Source: a virus. Taken from it: 64,000 nucleotides of DNA. Numbering within the stretch: position 1 is the stretch's first letter; each line of letters begins with the position of its first letter. Positions 26,607 through 36,491 of the stretch are shown here, piece after piece. The stretch is from IMG/VR virus record IMGVR_UViG_3300007987_000009. One strand, given 5' to 3'. Below the pieces are notes generated by a model. That model had not been told where the DNA came from. It saw only the letters and a list, made by a program, of their open reading frames with translations, and ran no database searches. Both the position numbers and the translations under genes were made by a program.

Positions 26607-27235
26607 CTTCAAAAACCGTTTTAATAACTCCGACCGGAGAGAGACCCGAAGCATTTTCCAAATGTGTTGAGCATATGTCGTCACAAGATTATAACGGTTC
26701 AGTGACATGGATTATAGTTGATGACGGACGCGAGCCCACGAATATACCAGAAGGGATAAACGATTGGGAAATAGTTCACCTAAGACCCGAACCTTTTTGG
26801 GAACCCGGACAAAATACGCAAGCCAGAAATATATTAGCCGGTCTTGAATTCGTAGAAAATGATGATCGGGTGATCATCATCGAAGACGACGATTATTATG
26901 CGCCATGGTGGATACGCCAATGCAACATTTGGCTTAACAGCCATGATCTTGTGGGAGAAGCGCCCAGTTTATATCGTCATTTGAACGGTACAGAAAAAAA
27001 AATGAACAACACAACGCATGCTAGTCTCTGTTCTACAGGTATGAAAGGCTCTGGGGTTAATACCCTGAGAAGAGTTCTTCAAAGAACACCGAAATTAATT
27101 GATGTCAACTTATGGAGAAACCACGGGACAAAAACCAAAAAAATTTACCCATTCAAAGGTGGGGTGATAGGAATAAAAGGATATCCCGGCAGACCCGGAA
27201 TAGGGGTGGGCCACAAGTTAAAAGACCACAGATAG
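26603..27235 (+). CDS. GT2-family glycosyltransferase
   Basis: ITPTGERP, WIIVDDG, IIEDDDYY. Confidence 0.8.
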   Translation: MTSKTVLITPTGERPEAFSKCVEHMSSQDYNGSVTWIIVDDGREPTNIPEGINDWEIVHLRPEPFWEPGQNTQARNILAGLEFVENDDRVIIIEDDDYYAPWWIRQCNIWLNSHDLVGEAPSLYRHLNGTEKKMNNTTHASLCSTGMKGSGVNTLRRVLQRTPKLIDVNLWRNHGTKTKKIYPFKGGVIGIKGYPGRPGIGVGHKLKDHR

Positions 27236-27303
27236 CAATCCCAAACCTTGACATTAACGAATATTTCATGTAGAATTTACACATACATTAAAGGAATATT
27301 ATC

Positions 27304-27990
27304 ATGGATTTGGGTGACAGGATGAAAAGATACGAAAAATGCGTAAGCCCCCAGCTAATTCCGAGGGTTCCTGTAATTATTCGCGTAGATGGAAGAGCGT
27401 TTCATACCTTTTTGAAGGGTTTTGAAAAGCCGTTTGATGCGGAATACATAACATCCATGAAAGAATCTGCTCAAGTGGTGGCCTCTGAAATGCAAAATTT
27501 CAGAATAGCCTATATTCAATCAGACGAAGCAACATTCATGCTCCACAGTTCTGATCCAAGGAGCCAATTCTGGTTTGACAACAAACAGCAAAAAATGACT
27601 AGTATATCAGCAGCCTTAATGACTGCGAACTTTAATAGAATTCTTTCCACTCACAAAGGGAATTTGGAAAAATTAGCTGTGTTTGATGCTAGGGCTTTTA
27701 ATGTCCCCGAGTCTGATGTGGTTAATATTTTTTTGTGGAGAGTAAAAGACTGGAAGAGAAACAGCTTACAGATGTACTGTAGAGCGCACTTCAGCCACAA
27801 GAAATTAATTGGTAAGAATACAGAGGCAATGAACAAAATGTTAAAAGATTCGGAAATTACACCGTGGGAAAACTTACCTTCTAATTTGAGAAACGGTACA
27901 TTTATTTTTCGAGACGGTTCTAAAACTTCGGATTTTGACCCCACTTACGAGGGTCTTACAGATCTTTTTTGCAACAGAGGAGTTCTCTAA
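27304..27990 (+). CDS. thg1: tRNA(His) guanylyltransferase Thg1-like
   Basis: RVDGRAFH, YIQSDE, FDAR, WRVKD..RNS. Confidence 0.92.
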   Translation: MDLGDRMKRYEKCVSPQLIPRVPVIIRVDGRAFHTFLKGFEKPFDAEYITSMKESAQVVASEMQNFRIAYIQSDEATFMLHSSDPRSQFWFDNKQQKMTSISAALMTANFNRILSTHKGNLEKLAVFDARAFNVPESDVVNIFLWRVKDWKRNSLQMYCRAHFSHKKLIGKNTEAMNKMLKDSEITPWENLPSNLRNGTFIFRDGSKTSDFDPTYEGLTDLFCNRGVL

Positions 27991-27994
27991 GGAT

Positions 27995-28369
27995 ATGAAA
28001 TTTTTCATGAGAGTCAAAACAAAATTGGATGAAAGGTACAATACAGAAGAAGTAATCCGATTGATAAATGGAGGCAACGAGATTCCAGTTACGATGGCGG
28101 GGGCCGTGGATAACACCAACCCCTTTGGGGTGAATCTAGCTAGAATCGTTGGAAATGTAGCATCCGGTTCTGCCGCCTTGACAGAAGATGGCCAACTAGA
28201 ATACGATATCGAGGTATACGAATCACTTCCACTATCCAAGATTTTGCTAACTCTCAAAGAAGAAGAAGCAGACGACTGGATACCCCCGGTTTCCCTGTCT
28301 ATGAAAGGAACCTTTGATGAAGATATTGTGGCGGTGGAAGAAATAATCTGCGTGGACATATCAGCATAA
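27995..28369 (+). CDS. Hypothetical protein
   Basis: AAGGA RBS and ATG. Confidence 0.55.
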   Translation: MKFFMRVKTKLDERYNTEEVIRLINGGNEIPVTMAGAVDNTNPFGVNLARIVGNVASGSAALTEDGQLEYDIEVYESLPLSKILLTLKEEEADDWIPPVSLSMKGTFDEDIVAVEEIICVDISA

Positions 28370-28612
28370 TGTAACCAAAATTCAAAGTAAAAACCAAAAA
28401 GGTGGAAGTTCTTAAAACAGAAGAAGCACGATTATACTGGAAGTGTTTCCCTTATTGGTTTTTGCCATCTAGTAAACAAGTTGTTTCAGAGAAAGCTTGT
28501 TGTTAAGTATCGTTTGAGTGAATATAAGTTGGAAGAAGAACAACCCTTGGAAGCCATACACCCCGTGGATATCCATAAGGAAATAACGAAAAGCATAAAG
28601 GAGTAAGAAAAA

Positions 28613-28831
28613 ATGAGTGACAGGTTAGATGAGCCTCGCTTTACCGAAGATACTGGCATATGGAAAGTAATGACTAAAGGCTATGAAGGAAGAGTTGTTA
28701 TCGAAAGTAACGACTTTTCTTTTGATGCTCAGATGTTAATCACTGGCGACTTTGTTGATTACAAAGAGCGTATTGAATATGCCCAGAAAATTTGTGATCG
28801 GCTAAATGCTACAATACCCGACAGTTCGTAA
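28613..28831 (+). CDS. Hypothetical protein
   Basis: AAGGAG RBS. Confidence 0.55.
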   Translation: MSDRLDEPRFTEDTGIWKVMTKGYEGRVVIESNDFSFDAQMLITGDFVDYKERIEYAQKICDRLNATIPDSS

Positions 28832-28907
28832 GATTAACTTTGTCGGTTGACACAGATTCTGCTAACTGTTAAAATAGTATAATACAATTTATAGGCCAAC
28901 ACAAAAA

Positions 28908-29345
28908 ATGATTCTTATCACATTTATTGTACTATTAGTACTTTTTCAGACAAAACACTTTTTGGTAGATTTTGTAATACAACTTCGAAGAAAGGATGGG
29001 ATGGAGAAATTTAACCGAACGGGGTGGGTTTGGCCATTGGCGAAACATGCAGGAGACCACGCAATATTTTCCGGGATCATAGCGGTTTCAACTCTTTGGT
29101 TTTTTGGGGTGGGTTTGCAAACCATTGTGCTGTGGACTGCAATATGCTTCTTCACTGACTTTGCTATTCATTTCACGATGGATAGAATCAAAGCATCGCC
29201 CAATTTATGGGGGCGTTATAAAGATATGAACAATGCCCCTTATTGGATGTGCCTGGGATTAGACCAAGCAGTACACCACTTGACACATTATGCGTTAATC
29301 GCTATGATAATCATTCAGACAGGAATTTTAAAATTACCGCAATAG
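28908..29345 (+). CDS. DUF3307-like membrane protein
   Basis: KHFLVDF.IQ, H...H, HFTMD, GLDQAVH. Confidence 0.8.
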   Translation: MILITFIVLLVLFQTKHFLVDFVIQLRRKDGMEKFNRTGWVWPLAKHAGDHAIFSGIIAVSTLWFFGVGLQTIVLWTAICFFTDFAIHFTMDRIKASPNLWGRYKDMNNAPYWMCLGLDQAVHHLTHYALIAMIIIQTGILKLPQ

Positions 29346-29768
29346 TATTGAACTTAACAAATGACGCAGCAATGGCACAGTATGGTAAAAAAGTGGGGAT
29401 TCTTCTCCAAAGACTCGAAAAAGATAGAGCCATGCAGCTATACACCGGAAGCCTTCAGGGCGATCTGGAGAATCTACGAACAGCCATATACCGTGCTAGA
29501 TTGGTAAAGGGAACGGTTTCAGTTGACATAGAATTGATAAGCAGAATAGAGTTAGCTCTGGTGGAATATATTGAAGAAGATCAAAACTAAAACACACCCC
29601 AATTCTTGTGATCGGTAGAATAATTACACCATTTATTTTTTCTTACGCTTATTGACATTACCCCTTACGCGTGTTAGAATTTGTTTCTAGATTGCCCCAC
29701 ACAAGTGGAAATCCGGTTTCGGCTATCTCGTGGGGGTATAAAACTATGTTTAAGTTACAGGGGAAGAA

Positions 29769-31094
29769 ATGAACACAAACATAACTTTAAAGCTGTTTCT
29801 GTCCATAGCCTTCAGTTTGCTATGGTTGTTATTTTCGCTATGGTTGGGCCAGTGGTGGATTCAAGATTTGGCAAATGATTTTGGTGCCGTGGGCGCATAT
29901 GTCATATTTACCGGAATCGCGGGTATCCCCGGAACTGCCACCGCTTTCATTCTTGCGTCGATTTTCTTTAGAAGTACCGAAAACTATGATTTTTCGGTGG
30001 GTCAGCCGCGAGTTCCGGTAACAATTATCGTCGCAGCTTTTAACGAGGAGAGCAGAATCTATAAAACTCTTTTGTCTATTAAAAGACAAAATTATTATGG
30101 TGGCATTAGGACAATTGTAGTAGATGATGGATCAGAAGACTCGACCACCCAAAAGGTACGACGATTCATCTACAATTATCCAAATATGGATGTTCGATTG
30201 GTCCAACAAGAACAGAACCAAGGAAAAGCTTCCGCGTTGAATAAAGCATTGGAACAGGTGGACACCGAAATTATCATTACGCTGGACGCAGATTCTATCC
30301 TTGAACCATCTGCGGTCACTGCTTTGGTTTCACAGTTGGTCAATTCTTCTGAAAATGTTCGATCAGCCGCAGGTACTATTTTGGTCAAAAATTACAAAAC
30401 CAGTATGTTAACCAAAATGCAACAGTGGGATTATTTCTTTGGAATCGGAATCGTGAAAAAAGCGCAGTCGTTGTATAACGGAACGCTAGTCGCACAGGGA
30501 GCATTTAGTGCTTACTACACCGAAACCGTGAGAGAAATTGGGGGGTGGCCAGAATTAATAGGAGAAGATATTGTGCTTACGTGGGCCTTTAGAAGGCATG
30601 GGTATGATGTCAGCTATACAGATACAGCATTATGCTTTACGGACACCCCAACGAATTTCAGAGGATTTTTTAGCCAGCGTTCTAGATGGGCGATGGGGTT
30701 GATTCAAGCGTTTCGGACTCACCCTTCTACGATCTGGAAACTGAAGCACAACACTCCTTTCGTGTGGTATAATTTGACTTTTCCGTTTGTGGACTTTATG
30801 TACTTGTGTGTGTTTGTTCCCGGTGTTATAATGGCTTTGTTCTTTGGCTATTATGCCATTGCAGGATTGTACACTATAGCCCTGATACCGTTGGGCCTTG
30901 TCGTTATGATCATGCATTTCAAGAGCCAGACCGGAAGTCTGGGAAGAGTTGGAATTGAACCGGGAAAGAACGCTAAAAATTGGTTGGGATTCGTCATGTT
31001 CTTCCTGTTTTATCAGGCAATACTTTCGTATTCTTCACTAATGGGATATTTGCAGTATTTTTTCAAAAACGACAGAAAATGGAGCATAAAATGA
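29769..31094 (+). CDS. Processive GT2 synthase, PgaC/IcaA-like
   Basis: AAFNEE, VVDDGS, GKASALN, LDAD, GEDI, QRSRW; TM helices at both ends. Confidence 0.85.
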   Translation: MNTNITLKLFLSIAFSLLWLLFSLWLGQWWIQDLANDFGAVGAYVIFTGIAGIPGTATAFILASIFFRSTENYDFSVGQPRVPVTIIVAAFNEESRIYKTLLSIKRQNYYGGIRTIVVDDGSEDSTTQKVRRFIYNYPNMDVRLVQQEQNQGKASALNKALEQVDTEIIITLDADSILEPSAVTALVSQLVNSSENVRSAAGTILVKNYKTSMLTKMQQWDYFFGIGIVKKAQSLYNGTLVAQGAFSAYYTETVREIGGWPELIGEDIVLTWAFRRHGYDVSYTDTALCFTDTPTNFRGFFSQRSRWAMGLIQAFRTHPSTIWKLKHNTPFVWYNLTFPFVDFMYLCVFVPGVIMALFFGYYAIAGLYTIALIPLGLVVMIMHFKSQTGSLGRVGIEPGKNAKNWLGFVMFFLFYQAILSYSSLMGYLQYFFKNDRKWSIK

Positions 31095-31960
31095 GAAAGG
31101 CTTTAGTAGTATTAGGACTGTTGTCAGTCATGACAACTGCGACGGCGGACAGTTACACCGGAATAGAGACCACCGTGTTTGTGGACGAATTTTCACAATT
31201 TTATCGGGCAGATATAATTGCATACGGTAAAGAAAATTCTTCTGGATATCTAGTATTGGGTGGAATTACCGCAGTGGAATCTTTCGACGGAAACGGTACC
31301 TTTGACGGTGGTGGATTTATTGGAGTTGAAAAGTATTACAATGAACATGCAAGGTTGCGTAGTCGTTTGTATTACTACGAAGACAATGGACTTTTGGGGC
31401 AGGCCACACTCTTTGGTAAGACGTTCGTCAATAATGTGGCATATTACGGTCAATGTCAGAAGCAAGTCATAGATAATACTTGGGGCATCACAACTGGTAC
31501 AACATATGTGGGTTGTGATGGAAGTCTGGAGTGGACCCTTGGGGATTTTGGGTTGGTTGCAGGTGCATATAGATTTGATTTCTCGGACGACAACCAAAGA
31601 GAAGGAAACTATTTTAAGGGATTTTATGACTTTGACGAGAATTTTCGTTTGAGTTTAAACTACCGTGATGACGGGTTCGCCCTTGACAGTGATGAGTATT
31701 TCAGCCCAGATGATTGGGAGCAGACTTATGCAATGGTTCATTGGAAAGAAGAAATTCTCGAAGGGTTCACCAATCACTTAGGTGTGGGCTACGGTGAAGA
31801 ACGCATCGACGGATTCACCAGAAACCCGGTATACTTGGAATACAAAGTATTCTGGGACACCGGTCCCCACAGCCTTTTTGGCGAAATAAAGGGTAGAATG
31901 TCAAGTGACTACAAGTTTATTTGGTCAACCGTAGGGTACAGATACCGTTGGTCCTCGTAG
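31091..31960 (+). CDS. Outer-membrane beta-barrel, possibly a PgaA-like exporter
   Basis: Signal peptide MRKALVVLGLLSVMTTATA; EYFSP loop; terminal VGYRYRW; coupled to the GT2 gene. Confidence 0.65.
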   Translation: MRKALVVLGLLSVMTTATADSYTGIETTVFVDEFSQFYRADIIAYGKENSSGYLVLGGITAVESFDGNGTFDGGGFIGVEKYYNEHARLRSRLYYYEDNGLLGQATLFGKTFVNNVAYYGQCQKQVIDNTWGITTGTTYVGCDGSLEWTLGDFGLVAGAYRFDFSDDNQREGNYFKGFYDFDENFRLSLNYRDDGFALDSDEYFSPDDWEQTYAMVHWKEEILEGFTNHLGVGYGEERIDGFTRNPVYLEYKVFWDTGPHSLFGEIKGRMSSDYKFIWSTVGYRYRWSS

Positions 31961-32027
31961 CTCAACTGGACAGAGCACAGTCCTCCTAAGACTGGGGTTG
32001 GGGGTTCGATTCCCTTCGAGGACACCA
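31951..32027 (+). tRNA. tRNA-Arg(CCT), overlapping the barrel stop codon
   Basis: CAGTC-CT-CCT-AA-GACTG, ACCA. Confidence 0.92.
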
Positions 32028-32337
32028 AATTTACTTAAAAAGAGGGTTGACAGACTTAGATATCTTTGGTATGATTAAACCATGAATAGAAAACAACAAA
32101 CTCCAAAAGAAAAAGCCGCCAAGATGCGAGAGTCTCATCTCAAATATCTTGAAGAAATTACAAGCTTGAACCAGCTTTCAGTTGGTGACGCCGTATTGGC
32201 TCTTTGTGAAAAGCAATTGCCCGATCCTTAAAATGTTGACCACTGTTATTGGGATTGGAAAATGGACTACACCATTAGGGTAGTGAGCCGAATTTCTACC
32301 TACGGCGGAATAACTAACATTAACTTGGTGGGGTTAG

Positions 32338-32772
32338 GTGACACTCACGGAAGAAATAGCTATTCTTTTCGATGGGGATAACTACGATATTGCGAAACTG
32401 TATCGTGCGAATCCCTTTCACATCGCTTTGGGAATGACCAAAGAACTTTTAAAGAAAGGCTCGTGCAGTGGCAAAGACCTTATTATTACGCCAGAGATGC
32501 CGGGCGCAAACGATTGTGATAGCATTCTGCTTACCATTCTCCAGAAATATCTGGATACCGTATTCGTAGAAATGGGCGGTTTCAAAGAGTTTGGTGATTC
32601 CGTAAACTTCCATAAAGCGTTTCGTTCGATGGGTGTTACGGGTATTGACATAATGGACAGCATAGCTTGGGATGCCATACACGGTTCTGAGTTGTTCAAT
32701 TATTTCTACAACAAATTCGTGTTGGGTCAATTTGAAGAATGGAAAAAAATGATCGAGGGGGAAAATCTATGA
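32338..32772 (+). CDS. Hypothetical protein
   Basis: ORF on the co-oriented strand. Confidence 0.5.
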   Translation: MTLTEEIAILFDGDNYDIAKLYRANPFHIALGMTKELLKKGSCSGKDLIITPEMPGANDCDSILLTILQKYLDTVFVEMGGFKEFGDSVNFHKAFRSMGVTGIDIMDSIAWDAIHGSELFNYFYNKFVLGQFEEWKKMIEGENL

Positions 32773-32924
32773 GTAATATAAAACAGGTAATAAGTAAAAT
32801 TTTGGTCGTGTTGGTAATAGCCTTGTCGTTACTTTGGTTTTCGGCTATCGACAATAGCCACGATCCGGGAACTTTGAAATCTGACTTCGATAAATATAAT
32901 TTGAAATCCCGCAAATAGGATAAC

Positions 32925-33000
32925 GGCGATATAGCTCAGTTGGTAGAGCGGCAGACTCATATTCTGAAGGTCACAGGTTCGAACCCTGTTATCGCCACCA
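32925..33000 (+). tRNA. tRNA-Met (or Ile2) (CAT)
   Basis: CAGA-CT-CAT-AT-TCTG, paired 1:72, ACCA. Confidence 0.9.
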
Positions 33001-33030
33001 AATAAAACGGTTTTTGTCGTATAAATAGAA

Positions 33031-33172
33031 GTGCATTCTCGCACCGAAGACGAAGTGCGGCAGGAATTTGAAGTTTGCATTGTATGCGTTGAAGCAGGGG
33101 TTTTCGCACTTTCGACCTGTGGAGTAAGCCTTGGTAATCCTAGGCCGTGTGGCTTCTAATTATGCGAGAACA
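33031..33172 (+). ncRNA. Candidate late ncRNA
   Basis: Follows TATAAATA 33020-27; TTCTCGCA/TGCGAGAA closure and internal hairpins. Confidence 0.4.
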
Positions 33173-33183
33173 GTAAACAGTAA

Positions 33184-33258
33184 GCAGCCATAGTGTTAGT
33201 GGTAGCACGATAGCTTGCCAAGCTATAAGGCGGGATTCGAATTCCCGTGGCTGCTCCA
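33184..33258 (+). tRNA. tRNA-Gly(GCC)
   Basis: ATAGC-TT-GCC-AA-GCTAT, TCCA. Confidence 0.92.
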
Positions 33259-33286
33259 TTATTGCCAATGTATAAAGAAAAATATT

Positions 33287-33496
33287 ATGTACGTTTGCGT
33301 TTGTAATGCCATTACCGAATCGGAGCTTATCAAAGAGGCAATACAATGCCCCTCTGCCCAGCATCTTATTGCCAAAACCGGGGCAAGTGGTTGTTGTGGG
33401 CAATGCCAAGAGATGGTAGAGGACATATATAATCGTTCCATGCCCAACAACTCCCAGATTCCCATACCCTATAAAATATTTCAAACTTTCTCTTGA
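33287..33496 (+). CDS. bfd: Bacterioferritin-associated ferredoxin
   Basis: MYVCVCNAIT...GCCGQC. Confidence 0.85.
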   Translation: MYVCVCNAITESELIKEAIQCPSAQHLIAKTGASGCCGQCQEMVEDIYNRSMPNNSQIPIPYKIFQTFS

Positions 33497-33544
33497 CTAT
33501 TAGAACCCTTTAAAGTAAAATCCATCCAATAAAGAGAAAGAAAA

Positions 33545-34069
33545 ATGGAAAAATGGGCAAAAATAATAGTGGACGTAGAGGCGGATGGTCCGTGTCCGGG
33601 AATTTATTCAATGATTTCATTCGGTGCGGTTGTTTTTGATAAAAATGGAAAGTTTGATCAAACTTTCTACGGAAAGTTGCGTCCAATGACCGATTACTAT
33701 ATTGAGGAAGCATTAGCTGTATCCGGATTCACCAGAGAACAAGTAGAAACTTTTCCTGATCCAAAAGTTACGATGAAAGAATTTGAGGGGTGGATTAATG
33801 TTGTTTCCGATGGTAGACCATTCTTTTTGAGTGACAACAACGGATTCGATTGGCAGTTTATCAATTACTACTTTCACTACTATTTGGAATGCAATCCTTT
33901 TGGTCATTCTTCCACTAACATTGGAAGTCTTTACAAAGGTATGGAACGGTCAATGTTTGGCAACTTCAAGCATTTGCGAAAACCTAAACACACACATCAC
34001 CCTGTAGATGACGCGAAAGGAAACGCAGAAGCTCTGTTAGCCATGAAAAAGATGGGACTAAAAATTTGA
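33545..34069 (+). CDS. DEDDh 3'-5' exoribonuclease (RNase AS/DUF5051-like)
   Basis: VDVEADGP, NGFDWQF, HHPVDDA. Confidence 0.85.
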   Translation: MEKWAKIIVDVEADGPCPGIYSMISFGAVVFDKNGKFDQTFYGKLRPMTDYYIEEALAVSGFTREQVETFPDPKVTMKEFEGWINVVSDGRPFFLSDNNGFDWQFINYYFHYYLECNPFGHSSTNIGSLYKGMERSMFGNFKHLRKPKHTHHPVDDAKGNAEALLAMKKMGLKI

Positions 34070-34356
34070 CATTCGAAGAACATGTGGAAAAATTAGGGGC
34101 TTTGGCCTTGACAATTTTCCCGTATCATGATACATTTAAACTGTATGAGACAGACAAGAATTTTTTTATGTCGGTTAAATATGATAGACCACCGAAATAC
34201 AAGAATACATATCCTTCTGAACCAAAAGTTGAGTTTGGGGGAGAATTAAAATTTTTTAAAGAATTCGTGGATGATTCTTGCGAAATTTTTGTCGCACGGG
34301 GTGACAGTTTATCTGCTTTAGAAGAGCAGTTGGAATTATTAAAAGGAAAGAGGTAA
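34066..34356 (+). CDS. Hypothetical protein
   Basis: Coupled ORF. Confidence 0.5.
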   Translation: MTFEEHVEKLGALALTIFPYHDTFKLYETDKNFFMSVKYDRPPKYKNTYPSEPKVEFGGELKFFKEFVDDSCEIFVARGDSLSALEEQLELLKGKR

Positions 34357-34362
34357 TTTAAA

Positions 34363-36441
34363 ATGAACAAGCTACAAATTTCTCTTAAGAAGAGAAACGC
34401 AGTTGTGTTGAACAGCACCGAACAGTCTGACGACCTGTCCAAGGTTATGACACTACAGGCCAATGTAATCACACTGGGTTTTGTTCTGTCGGAGCCCTTG
34501 GCAAAAACTTTGGCGGCATTGGATAGCGACGCTACTTACAACCAGCTTGTTCAAGAACTTCGTTCTTTGAAGGGGGCAGACGTACAGTATCGCCCAATGT
34601 ACCCAAATTTCCCACAACAGGTTATGGAAGCTAGTGATCTTGAGTTGTACATAAACGCTATTGTGCATTACTGGAGCTTAGGAACATGGTCTCAAGAATA
34701 TGAAGTTCTTCCGAGAGAGTTTGCCGCCGAAAACAACAAGCTGATCGAAATAGGATTGATCGACGAAAAGGAATTCGCAAGCATCTTCACAGAAATCTTG
34801 TCTTCTAATGATTCTATTTTTGATTACGACAAGAATGTGGTCGAATGGTTCTTGCAGAATTATGAAAACATCCGGTATCCAGACACCATTCCGTATAAGG
34901 AAAATGTGGCTCTTATCGGAGCGTACATGGTTCGTAATGGAATGGAGTTGGATAGATTGACCAAGACCACTACAGACGTTCTAAGAGTAGCTGTGAGGCT
35001 TTCCGACGGTGATGTGTCTCTCGGGACCAACACCAAGTTCAAGAGCCTACCGCGAAGTCAGAGGCGCGTTCTGGTAAATGCTCTGGATCGTGTGACTGAG
35101 CGTTTGGGTGATCGTCAGGTGGCCGAAGATATTTATCGTTACGGTGGAATGTGGAAGCGGTTGGCACACTCGTTGCACGTTGGGGATTTTTCCAATAAGG
35201 CATGGGATACCATGAACGGTTTGAGAGAAGGTAAGAAAGCCAATCATTTCTACTCCGATTTGGAACAATTTTTGGCTAGTGGCCACTACGCAAAAGCCAC
35301 CAAGTTGTTGCTAGAACGTCCGGGTGAAATGGCTCGTAGACTTGATCTTTTGTTGAGGCGCGTAGATAGCAAAAACAAACAGACTCGGATTTTGACTGCA
35401 TTCTTGGGAGTGGCAGATAAAGTTTCGACTAGGGTTTTGTTTCAGGTTCGAGGTCACTTCAACACTAGAAAACACGGTTCTGACTTCCGAATCGTTCTTC
35501 CTAAAGGAAACATTAAGGCTGGAAAAAAGATTGCAGGACAAACTGCCTTGGACAGCACCATAGTTGATAAGTTGATTGCTGGTATAGATTCCGTATTGGT
35601 TGAAAAATTTTCCAGTATGGATTCTTTGGGCAAAGTATATATTTCTCCGGAAATGATGAATTGTCCGTTGCCATCACAACAAAGAGAATCCAGCGACGGT
35701 CTACGACAACTGGCAAGAGGAACTCGTGTCAAGGTCAACGAAGATCAGTCTACCGTTAGATTCTTTGTATATTGGGTTGGTAGAGATATCGATTTGAGTG
35801 CGGCTTTCTTGGATGAAAATTTCGAAAGTGTAGGACACGTTTCTTACACTAATTTGAGAGACTCGGGGCTGGCCGCGTATCACTCTGGGGACATCGTCAG
35901 TGCTTTCCGTGGTGCAAGTGAGTTTATCGATATCAATATTGATAAAGCCAAAGAGAGCAATACTAGAGCACGATATGTTTCGATGAACGTTTACGTTTAT
36001 AGTGGACCGAGTTTCAAAGAACATTCAACTTGTCATGTCGGTTGGATGTCCAGAAGCAAGCCTAAGAGTAACGAAATCTATGATCCGAAGACCGTAGAAA
36101 ACAAAATAGACCTAAATTGGAACACAAAAAATTGTATTCCTCTTCTGATCGACTTGGAAACCAGAGAAGTTGTTTGGATTGATCTACCCTATCAAGGAAA
36201 TAATTACGGTTGTTGGGGTGGAAATAACATCGAAAACAACATGGCTTCTACTGCTGAAATCATGGAAATGAGTGCTTCTATGGTAGAAAAGAAAACTACC
36301 CTTTGGGATGTTTTCATGATCCATGCAGAAGCGAGGGGCGAACTTGTAGAGTCCCGAGAAGACGCAGACACTGTGTTTGATTGGGATGGTAATGTTACTC
36401 CATATGATGTTTCTAGGATTGATGCAGAGTTTCTAATGTAA
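34363..36441 (+). CDS. Helical (ROT/TROVE-like) repeat protein with C-terminal TerD-like domain
   Basis: PMYPNFPQQVM, TTTDVLR, RPGEMARRLD; TerD motifs DIDLSA, HSGDI, GASEFIDI. Confidence 0.75.
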   Translation: MNKLQISLKKRNAVVLNSTEQSDDLSKVMTLQANVITLGFVLSEPLAKTLAALDSDATYNQLVQELRSLKGADVQYRPMYPNFPQQVMEASDLELYINAIVHYWSLGTWSQEYEVLPREFAAENNKLIEIGLIDEKEFASIFTEILSSNDSIFDYDKNVVEWFLQNYENIRYPDTIPYKENVALIGAYMVRNGMELDRLTKTTTDVLRVAVRLSDGDVSLGTNTKFKSLPRSQRRVLVNALDRVTERLGDRQVAEDIYRYGGMWKRLAHSLHVGDFSNKAWDTMNGLREGKKANHFYSDLEQFLASGHYAKATKLLLERPGEMARRLDLLLRRVDSKNKQTRILTAFLGVADKVSTRVLFQVRGHFNTRKHGSDFRIVLPKGNIKAGKKIAGQTALDSTIVDKLIAGIDSVLVEKFSSMDSLGKVYISPEMMNCPLPSQQRESSDGLRQLARGTRVKVNEDQSTVRFFVYWVGRDIDLSAAFLDENFESVGHVSYTNLRDSGLAAYHSGDIVSAFRGASEFIDINIDKAKESNTRARYVSMNVYVYSGPSFKEHSTCHVGWMSRSKPKSNEIYDPKTVENKIDLNWNTKNCIPLLIDLETREVVWIDLPYQGNNYGCWGGNNIENNMASTAEIMEMSASMVEKKTTLWDVFMIHAEARGELVESREDADTVFDWDGNVTPYDVSRIDAEFLM

Positions 36442-36491
36442 AAAATAGCGGGGACCTTCCCCGCTTTTCTTATTGACAAAAGAGAAAAAAT

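Noticed and set aside
29694-29737. c-di-GMP riboswitch upstream of the PgaC-like gene
   Set aside because: Only a CCCCAC/GTGGGG hairpin; class I/II consensus elements are not seen.
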